Assembly (NCBI GenBank): GCA_030704615.1
Contig: CM060732.1
Location: forward strand, 22,382,001 to 22,446,000
DNA: 64,000 nt
Source: Takakia lepidozioides
Lineage: Eukaryota; Plantae; Bryophyta
Direction: 5' to 3'
A program made the translations under genes and the position numbers. Below, piece by piece: positions 13,675 through 23,800 of the stretch (position 1 is the first letter of the stretch; each line of letters starts with the position of its first letter). The notes under the pieces are model-generated. The model worked only from the letters and a program-made list of their open reading frames with translations. It was not told where the DNA came from and did no database searches.

Positions 13675-14570
13675 TGGGGACATCAACCTTGGAGCGTGGG
13701 GGGAAATGCATGCTTAGCCCGTTTAGCTAGCTCAGGAATCCGATTGCAAAAACTTGTATTGTACAAAAATTTGTGATAAAGGAAATGGGTTCCAAATATT
13801 GTGCGTCCTATTGTGTTTGGAATGGTGATGCATGGTGTGGTTGGCTGGTGTGTAGAATGCATGCTAGCTTACAAAAGTGGGAGAGGTAAATTGGTTAATC
13901 GTGTGTTTGCGCAGTGCCGAAATCGGGTGACTCCCATCCAAGGGGCAAGGAAACTTGCGCCTTATTTGGGAGTTCAAGTGCTAGTGCGCACCTGGCGCGT
14001 GCGCGTACTATAACTGCGCTACCGAGGGGGTTGCCTTGTAGTGCGGGCTAACGCGGAAGCTACGTGCTTCCGTTCACGTACTATAATCGTGTAGCCTCGG
14101 GACGAAGTCGTAGTGCGGCTTCGGCGTGTTCCCGTACCTCAGGCCAGCATTCCAAGGCGGACCCAATTGTAGTGATTGGGGCGCACGGTTGGTTCAAGGT
14201 TATCTTCCTAGTCAAAGAGGGTTCCAGGTGAACCCTTGCTCAAGGTGATGCCAAAAGCGGCATCATGAGCGATCGCAAGCAATGTTGTTGCAGTAAGGCG
14301 ATTCGATCCTCGGGGAGGTTCCTTGGCCTTGAAGTAGGCCAAGAGAGTGCACTGGGAGGAGCTGGAGAGGCTCCACCCTTGGCCGGGACTTGGAGGAAGT
14401 CGGCCGAACTAGCTAGTGGAGAGTGGAGTCAAGTGTGGGGTTTGGTTCTTTGCCATGGGACGCCATGGTACGGAAACAAACTCCTTGATGTGGGACGCCA
14501 CAACTTGGATGTTCGTTTCTACAAATGGACAAGTCGATGAGGACATCGACTCCCTGTTGGTAGGGGTGTG

Positions 14571-15270
14571 TGTCGCGGCCCTTTGCCTTGAGGGCAGGGG
14601 GTCGGGACACATGAGGGGCTGCCCCTGTGGGGGGGGGCAGCGGCAGCGATAGGTATGGGGGGCTGAAGCACCCTTGAGTGCCCAAGGCACTCAAGGAGGC
14701 GGAGGCGCTCACTAGGTGGAGCCCCGCACACCGGGTTGCGGTGGAGGTGGCTCCACAAGGGGTGGTGGTAGCTTAGTGGGACTTAGTGGGGGTGGCATAG
14801 GACTCACCATGGGGGAGACCTCGAGGTGGGAGTCGTGGGGAGTCTTGGGACTCATCACGGTCCATTGGGGCCGCGGTGAGTGGGCCAAGACTCACCGCGA
14901 CTCACCACCGGGAGTCGAGGGTTTTCGTGGTGGTTCGCCATAAAATGGCATGGCTGGTTATGAAACCCCCGCGGACAGCTACAGAAGTATATATAGGGAG
15001 TAGTAACCCCGAGAACGGTGCAAGCCCGTTGGTGACCAAAACTAGTGAGTAAGCGAGCGAGCCGGAAAGCGACCAAAGAGTGGGGAGCTGTTCCGGACTG
15101 CCATCTACCAAAGGGAATTCTCCTAGTCCCAAATAGGTGGAGGGTTTAGAGGGAAGCGGAAGGGGACCGTTATGTCCCGGTGAGCAGCCGAAACTCCAAG
15201 TTGGCCCGGCGGCCAGGTTGGTCAGGCGCGCGCATCAAAGCGAGTAACTATGACTTGACGGGACCGAACT
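14571..15270 (+). repeat. 3' LTR with a damaged final ~25 bp
   Basis: Matches 8350-9058. The terminal GCGACA and the expected target duplication are missing. Confidence 0.92.
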
Positions 15271-18200
15271 GTCCGTGGAAGCGGAATGCTGGGGACGTCA
15301 GTGCGCTGCACCATCCGAAATCCTGCGGCGGTAAGGGCGTCGGCCTCAACCTGACTCAGATCGCAGCCTGGTTCCACCGGCCACACCGGGGGAGCCTCTG
15401 GCATTGTTTGTATGCCGTACTTGGGCTTTCCATACACGCAAGTCATAATGTCGTGCCTGCAGAACCAGAACTGGGTGGTTGTCGCCTCCGCAAACTTTGC
15501 ATGGACAAATCTTCCTGTAAAAGTAGGAGCAGGGACAGCCCCATCTGGATTCCTCCTTATCATCTCTAAACAACGTTGCCGTGTATCCACACGAATTGCG
15601 GAACACCTTCCTCGAAACGACGGCTTTGTGCGAGCAATTCTCCACTGTGAGGCAGACACAGTCGTCTCCACAATGGCTTGGCCATACTGCATAACAGCGG
15701 GCGGAATGTGGGGCAAGGGAGCGGTGGGAATTTGTTGCACGAAATCCCCGGTTGAAGGCGACGGCGATCTGGAATTTCTTGGGCTTCCACTGCTGGAAGA
15801 CACATTGTGCGGCAACATGACGGGACCTCGAGGTGCTGTCCGAATGTTCCTGTCGGATCTCCAGGAATCCTCTTCGCACCCGGGTTCCTCTTCAATCCTC
15901 CGCCTGACAGGGCGAGTCCGGACGTCCCCCTCTAGGTGTTCACCTCTGCGGTGCAGAGGCGTCCCTTTGATCTTCTCTCGCAATGCTGTCGCCCATTTCA
16001 CTGGATTCTTGGACCTCGAAGCTGTTCGTACCAACAATTCCTCCCTGTCCGGCCCAAAGCCCCATTGTTTGCCGCTCAGGAACTTGTAGTACGTGGCTTG
16101 CTGCATGATTGCTCTGTCGATGTCCTCCGTTGTGGCCGTCACTACGTCCACCAGATGTGCGGCAGAAGACGCTCGCCAGGAGGAGTGGACCGATTCTGCC
16201 ATATTCGTGTTCGGCATGTCCGTGTCGGAATCCAAGCACCGCTCCTAGAAGGACACAAACAATGGTGAGGGACCAATCGAAATGTCCGTAACAGAAAGAC
16301 AAATGAACGAAATTGACAGCAGCCTACCTCCCGCATGTACTGTCCGAACTGTCGATACCGAAAATGCCACCACCCCAACCAGCTGTGCAATGCTCCCAGA
16401 TTGGTTGTCTCCACTGCACCTGACGTGTTCCACCAAGCCTCGATGATAGCAAACTTAACCTCCGCGTCATCAAATGTGGGCATCCTTCCACGCCGTACAA
16501 AGGACACGGTGTTCAGCCTGGAATGAGCTAGCAACAAATTTTTAGTGTAGTGGGATAGACTCTGCATCCAATGGAATCCACAGGATCTCTCTTTCCCCTC
16601 CATTGGAACATTGGGGTCCTCACCGTACACACGCCGCACCGCTGCCCAGTTGGCCTGAGCGTTGTCTGCCATGAATCCCCTGAAATTGGGCTCTGGCAAT
16701 CCCGCCCTTGCCATCTGCTCGTTTATGCCCTCCCACAGATGCATCTCGGACTGTGTGTCCTCCCCTTTCATCTCGCAGATTGCAATCGTCATGAGCCTCT
16801 TGGAGTGATAGTCATAAACATGCGCACCCATAGTCACCCACTGATGGTTTGTAATTCGCTTGATGTGATCAAACATCACCCAAGCATTCGACAAGTTTCC
16901 AGTTGTCATGCGAGTGACCAAGTCGACTCCACTCCCAGGCCCCACGTCGACATTTTGAAAATGTAACAACGATCGGATTCGCTGCCTTGCCCTGGAAACC
17001 TGCTACCTTGGATGTAGTCATATCCAGTCATTCGTTTCACCTCCAGGATTGAGTACATGTCCGACCCCCTGCCGAACTCCTGCTTGCAAGATACGATGTG
17101 ATTCCGCACATTCGGACTACAAACGTGCGAGACGGACTCCAAGAGGTCACGCATCTCGTCTTCGGTCAAGGGCTCTCGGTCGGAACCATCTTCAGACATG
17201 ATTTTGCCAAGAGCAATCTTGTGGGCTGCCTTCAGCTGAATCTGCTTTGGTCTGGCTCCGGGGCTCAATTTCACCTCCTCTTTTATGATGTCGTGTGCTT
17301 CCTGCACAGCCTCACGCATGTTGCCTCTCGCCAAGGGGTGGCAGTGGACCCCAACGTGTATGCAAGCTCTAGTCAAGTCCGGGAGCAAATGGATTACGTA
17401 ATATTGCTTGGCTCTGCACATGGACATGCACGTCGGTGGTTCTTTGCAATGTGCACACTTGAAAGAACCCGCAGGAGCTTGGCTGGAGACAATGAATGGA
17501 TGATGCGTTGTGCCAGTCCAATCCGTCTCGTTTCTCCGCCCTCCTTTGGAGAGAAAGTGGAAGCAGGTGGGATTGAGGCACCTCAGCTTCCCCGCACAGA
17601 GGACATATCGTACACGAACACCATCAGCAATTTTCGTGCTACTGGTCTTCGTCACACACCAGGGGTGTCCGTCATGCTTTCGATCCATGTCTGTTAACAT
17701 CCCGGAGGCTTTCTTTGACGAAGAAACAGGTGGAAACTCGAAGATGACATTGCCATCGACTTCGGGAGGCAGAAAGTTACCTTTCTGACTGGGAATTTGG
17801 CATAGTCGAGAGCAGCCAGCTCGGAGCGAGAACCATCGAGGTGATGTTGTCGTAGGAGCTGCACAATGGACCGGGTTGGAGTTATGCTCGAGGGCACATG
17901 CGTAGCACCTACAGAGACGTCCATGCCGGATTTGAACGACCGTGTGGAGGACATGGGTACCTCAATGCAATCATCTTCCTCGTCGGAAATGTCGAATACG
18001 TCCACACGAGAAGCTATGGAGGGTCTTGACGGTCCAGGTCGGGAATGATTATCGTTGCATACCTCTCTGTTGGCAGTGGCCGCCTCTCGGTTTCCGGACT
18101 CCTTTGTGGATGGTGTGGGCAGCGACTGATTCGGAAAGGGAATGGGCATTCCCACAGCTCGGTACAGGATGGTGTCTGACGGGGGAACGTGCCATTCGAT

Positions 18201-18317
18201 TCCGCAACCTCCGTCGTTACCTAGCACGACAATGGTCTCGTCAACCTGTCCAGGAACATCCTTCCTTCCTTTCTTCCCAAATAAACTGTGCCCGGTTTGA
18301 GCTTGAATTTGGAACAA
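15271..18317 (-). CDS. MULE-like transposase main body: N-terminal Cys/His zinc-binding (GCM/WRKY-like) region plus DDE core; frameshifted; intron 16327-16245
   Basis: YVLCAGKLRCLNPTC...CAHC...C...HVGVHCHP; WVMFDH (D1); GFMADN (D2); SCGFH (CxxH); NTNMAESVH (E). Splicing joins QYMRE to ERCLDSD in frame. Confidence 0.85.
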
Positions 18318-18845
18318 AGGTAAGTTTCAGTCACTCTGCAAAGTCCTCCCTCGTTTGGGATCCAGGCTCTCCCAAGTTGCGGAGGACAGCAAACTATAGC
18401 GTAGGAATTCGGAGCCATCGAACACCGCACGGAGTTGGCAAGTGCGAGGTTCAGTATAGCGACAGACCAAGGCTCACAGCACCATCTAAGTGGATCTGCG
18501 GAGTCCATCGACGATTGGAAGTCGCACATTGAAGTGGAAAGTATTGTTTCAAGCTACATGCATGAAGGTGGGAGGTTTGATTCCATAGCCAGTGAGTAGA
18601 CAATGATGGCCGATTCGGCGACGAAATAACATCTCCTGACAGTTTCTCCTGAGGGTGGATCCAGCAGTATTCTCGGTGCAGACAGGAACGTTCGCACTGA
18701 CAAGTGCCAGGACTGCTGGTTAAAACGGTCAGACAACCAAGTTGTGCTCATCAAGACTGGCCGCAATTGTGTTGTTTCGGAACAATGCAACCCATTGAGG
18801 TTCCAGATTTCCCGTCCCGAGTGATTCTTTCGATTGCTGGTGGAC

Positions 18846-20500
18846 GGAAATACGGCGCCGCATTTCCGTATTGCATCTTGGTCATGCACAGAGCGACGGA
18901 AATGCGGCACCGAGTTTCCGTCCGGGGGAAACCTTTATACTCTCCAGAACGGAAATGCGGTAACGCATTTCCATCCAGCAAGCACGGTATGTGAAGGTGG
19001 AACGGAAATGCGGTACCGCATTTCCGTTCTGATTGAGATTTATGAACAACGGGAACAGAAATGCGGCACCGCATTTCCGTCCGAGTCGCACTTTTCGACA
19101 TTCCAGAACGGAAATGCGGCGCCGCATTTCCATTTTGTATCTGATGCATGGAGCTGAGGGATAGAAATGCTGCAGCACATTTCCGTCCTTAAAGACATTC
19201 ATACTCTCGAGAACGGAAATGCGGTACCGCATTTCCGTTCTGATTGAGAATTATGAACAACGGGAACAGAAATGCGGCACCGCATTTCCGTCCGAGTCGC
19301 ACTTTCGACATTCCATAAAGGAAATGCGGCGCCGCATTTCCATTTTGTATCTGATGCCTGGAGCCGAGTGATTCCGACAGCTTCATACAGCGCAATTCCG
19401 ACCGGTTGAGACATTCATATCCAGAACGGAAATGCGGCACCGCATTTCCGTTCTGACTGAAAATCGTGAACATCTGAACTGAAATGCGGCACCGTATTTC
19501 CATCCGAGTCGCATTCCAGAACGGAAATGCGGCACCGCATTTCCGTTCTGACTGAAAATCGTGAACCATCGGAACTGAAATGCGGCAACGTATTTCCATC
19601 CGAGTCGCACCTACCATCATTCCAGAACGGAAATGCGGCCGCATTTCCGTTCTGACTGAAAATCGTGAACCATCGGAACTGAAATGCGGCAGCGCATTTC
19701 CATCCGAGTCGCACCTCCCAACATTCCAGAACGGAATTAGATTTAAAAGGGAATGCGGCACCGCATTTCGTTCTGATGAAATATCCTGAAACATCGGAAT
19801 TGAAATGCGGTACCGCATTTCCGTCGGAGTCTCCGACATTCCAAAACGGAAATGCGGCACCGCATTTCCGTTTTGTATGTGAGGCATGGAGCTGTGGAAC
19901 GAAAATGCGGGAAGGCATTTCCGCCAGCGTCAGACGTTAATACTCTACAGAACGGAAATGCGGTACCGCATTTCCATTCTGACTGAAAATCGTGCGCAAC
20001 GGGACAGAAATGCGGCACCGCATTTCCGTTCGAGTCGCACCTTCCGACATTCTCGAACGGAAATGCGGCGCCGCATTTCCGTTTTGTATATTCGGCCTGG
20101 AGCTGTGCTACGGAAATGTGTTGCCGCATTTCCATCCATGTGAGACCTTCAACTTTCCAGACCGGAAATGCGGCACCGCATTTCTGTCCAGGTGAGACCT
20201 CTATACTTTCCCGAACGGAAATGTGGCACGGCATTTCCATTCATCAACTAACGTATGTGAAGTGGGAACGGAAATGCGGCGCCGCATTTCCCTTCTGAAT
20301 CTCATACATGGAGCTGTGGGACGGAAATGCGGCACCGTATTTCCGTTCAACAACTAAGGTATGTGAAGGTGGAACGGAAATGCGGTGCCGCATTTTCTTC
20401 CAACAAGTACGGATGTGTAGCTTCGTGATGGTACTTAACGGAAATGCGGCGCCGCATTCGCATTTCGCTCCAACTCATCAGACGCTGGGACGGAAATGCC
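18846..20500. repeat. Array of about 31 palindromes GGAAATGCGG-YR-CCGCATTTCC with a 52-53 bp period
   Basis: Unit starts counted at 18846, 18898, 18951, 19004, 19057, 19110, 19163, 19215, 19268, 19320 ... 20217, 20270, 20323, 20376, 20440, 20492. Spacers of about 30 bp vary. Confidence 0.97.
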
Positions 20501-20895
20501 TTGAAATGTGAACACGTGGAGCAACGGAATTGCTGCACATGTCGGCACTCTATCTGACTGAAGGGGCATGAGGCGGCGCGGCCTGACCGTTGGATAATGA
20601 TGTTTGTTTTTCGGACGGCAGGCGTACCCTCAACGATTCGAATTTCGTAATGACGCAAACTCCACGAGGAGACACTTTCGTCCAACCTTTCGAACCCAAG
20701 TGGTGCATCACCGCCGTTTCATCTACTTTTGTCGTGTCTCCTCAGTCACCCCTCTCGCGCCCTTTCCATCTGCACTCTTTGCCCCTTTTCCCTCTCTCTG
20801 TTCTTCTTATGCTCGAACCTGAGAGGGGGGGAGTTCGTGCACCAGACAGGAGACCTCGTCGCAAGCTCCGGAAATTATACTTCGGACGTAGGCCA

Positions 20896-23800
20896 ATGCC
20901 GAAGGGGAGGAAGCAGATGCGTCTACAGGAGGAGATTGCCATCTCCGAGCAGCAGGCCACTCAGGCAACCCAGCCACCAGTGAGAGCTCCATGCGATCGG
21001 GCTGCGCGCAGCTGATCGAGCACCGAACCCCCCATTTTGCTTCTGTAATTCTTAGACTGAATGCTAGGAGACTTGAATGCAGAACATGTTTGCATGCCTA
21101 ACAGGAAAGGTGGACGTGCTGGAGGGATCGCAGGAATCCGAAGAGCCGCAGGAAGAGTCCGAGGAGCTAGCTGCAGCACGTACACCCACCCGATCCCCGA
21201 GCGCGGTATTCCTGCCGGGCCTAGCCCTCTGCGATTCAAAGACGCGTCTTCGAAGGGCAAGTTCAAAGTCCAGAGATCGACTCGCGTTCTTCGATCATGG
21301 AGAATCGCCAGCAGGGGTCGGGCCCTTCTCCAGCAAAGTCGAAGAAGAAGCAGCCCGTCCCTCTACTGGCTTCTGAACCGGCTCAGGCCGATTCACCCCC
21401 CCCAACGCGAATGAAGCAGCAGGGTAGAAGACAGATTCAATTGCAGCAGACACCTTCACCTGCAAGGATGAGGAAGCAGAAGGCAATCAGGGCGACGGGC
21501 GAACAATCTCCCGCAAAACCGCTTCCACGAGCTGAAGCTCAGTTCCTGGAGGATTTCCCGCCTGCAGATGTTGGGGCCGACTCTGCTGCAGCGAAGGCAA
21601 TGGGATCGACCGTTGATCTCGATTTGGTACCGGAGGGGGTGCTGCCGCTGAACGTTCGCAGCAGACCACCCACCGATGAGCAGCAGGCCCGGAGGAGGCC
21701 TCTGCAATGGCAGAATTGCCCGCACACAGGCCCCAGAGTGCAGCTCCAGTTGAGGATGCTCCAGCTGCTCAGCCACTACCGGCACCTACAGACATGTCTC
21801 CGGAGGATTTCAAAAGTGCAGCGGATAAAATGTTGGAGGAGACACACAGTAGCATTGGCAGAGTTCTGGGCAGCAGGGTATTCCAGCGGACTCTTCGAAT
21901 CCCACTCTGTCGCATGGTCTCCCTTCCCATCGTCAGGCAGGCCCTTCCCGGAGATGTGGATAAGCTCAAGTTCGCATTTCGAGAAGGGTACCGTCTGGGA
22001 TCGGCAGCGTTTTACGTTTCCATTGAGAATGAGGACGGCGAAACCCGTGGACCCACTGCCGATGAATTGTCAACGTGGGATACCCACTGGCACACTCGCA
22101 ACCACGAATTCGAGGCGACGCTGAAGGGTGATCCCGACTTCGGCCATATGTCGGGAAAAATGTTCTTTGTGTGGGACGGGAATCACCGACTTCTCGCCTG
22201 GTGGGAGTACATCAAGCAGAACCATGCCAAGCACATTGGCTGGCATTACATGGTGGAGTGTGTCATCCTCAAGGTGAAGGCGGCAGACTCCTCCCTGCTC
22301 AAGAATGCCATGGCGGACCTCAACTCGTAAGATACTCATACCCTCCCTAGCACGTTCGAAATGCGGTGCCGCATTTCGGTTTCCATTCTGGTTTGTTTCC
22401 GTGCTTCCGTGTACTGAACTGGAGAGTGTGCCTTGCAGGGTCACTGAGAATGCGTACGTGCATACCCACATGGCACATATGCTGTACAGGGTGAGGAAAA
22501 CTGGTCTCACTGATCCGCAGATGTTTGCGGAAATGCTGGAGCCCGAGCTCATTCAGAAAGCCGTTGCAAAAAGACCGGACATGGTATCGTCTCACTATGG
22601 ATGGAATGGTGGAGGTGATATACGAAGTAAGTCGTCCTCCAATTTCCCTCTGCTCATCCTTCCCCAATTTCCAGTAATGTTTCCACATGAATCGAATGTA
22701 ACGCTTCTGCATGTTTTTGTTGGCAGTCAAACATCAAGCTGGATTTGGCCCATGCCAAACGCTTCTTCATGGAAAGTGAGGGGCAGGTCAAAACGTTGCA
22801 GTCATTGACTGAGCACTTGAAGGAAGCCGGTGTCAAGTCCAGAACCAAATACAAGTCAAAGCTTGTGAAGCTGGTGGCAATTGCAGATCCGGCACTTGGA
22901 AAGGACTTCATCCCCGAGATTGCAAAACACTATTCTCGGGCCATGCAGCCGACCATGCAATTGGAGAAACTGCATCACCTCTCAACGGCATGTGTGGAGG
23001 CGAAAGAGAAGGTGAGGTTTCAATGCACTGAAGTTCCTTCCTAGCAATAGCCACTCTCTTCCAGCTCCTGACATTGGATCGGAAATGGCAGACACGGTGG
23101 CTGTCGATCTGGAATGCATCCGAGAGCATAAGGACAATGTGGTCTTTTCCACTGGAAGTTTCCGACCCTGCAGTGGATGTGTGGCTCAATATGACTTGGT
23201 GGTTCCAGGTAATTCAAGGTACTTCCCCAGATTTGCTTTTCTGACATGAATTCCCTGAACTGCTACGTGACAATGCATTTGGGAATCGCAGGTAATGTCG
23301 AATGCGAAGGAGCAAGTCGTAATGCACACAAATTCGTTCGGCTTGTACGTCAAATGGGATGGAACACAGACATTGGAAGACTACGTGACACGTTTCAGAT
23401 GTGCGTACAAGGACAACCTTTTCGCCAGAGAGCTACAGACAGCAAGAAGGAGCGTGGAGTTTACACATCAGGAGGGAGCGGGGAAAGCTGCAATGCGAAT
23501 TGTTTACAGGTGAAGCACAGCTGCCCTTGTATGCGAAGCCTGGTTACGAGGTTTGTCTCGGAAATGCGGCACCGCATTCGCATTTTATGTTTTCGGTGGC
23601 ACTCTGCCAGTAGGTTGGTCTCAACTTTTGCTCACGCATGCTGACTGCCTTGCAGGTATATGAAATACGTGCTCCTTCAGACAGGGGCCCTGGCTCAAGA
23701 GCCCCCGTTCTTCATGGCTTGGACCGTGGCGGGCCCAAGCTGTGTCTACACACCCGAGATGCAGAAACATGGCATCCCGCGCATCTCGTTGGATGCCCGT

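Larger units (their letters stand above)
8350..15270 (+). mobile_element. Full-length Ty3/gypsy chromovirus inserted in the MULE transposase
   Basis: Near-identical LTRs at 8350-9070 and 14571-~15270, a tRNA-Met PBS, and gag-PR-RT-RH-IN-chromodomain order. Confidence 0.96.

Noticed and set aside
18846-20500. CRISPR array (palindromic repeat with constant-length spacers)
   Set aside because: The context is eukaryotic with no cas genes, the spacers recur in about five related classes, and the same motif appears singly in introns. It is better read as a binding-site array.
18554-20511. Numerous ORFs with KCGAAFP/GNAAPHF/EMRCRIS repeats (also 26237-26914)
   Set aside because: These are translations of the palindrome in all six frames, not proteins.
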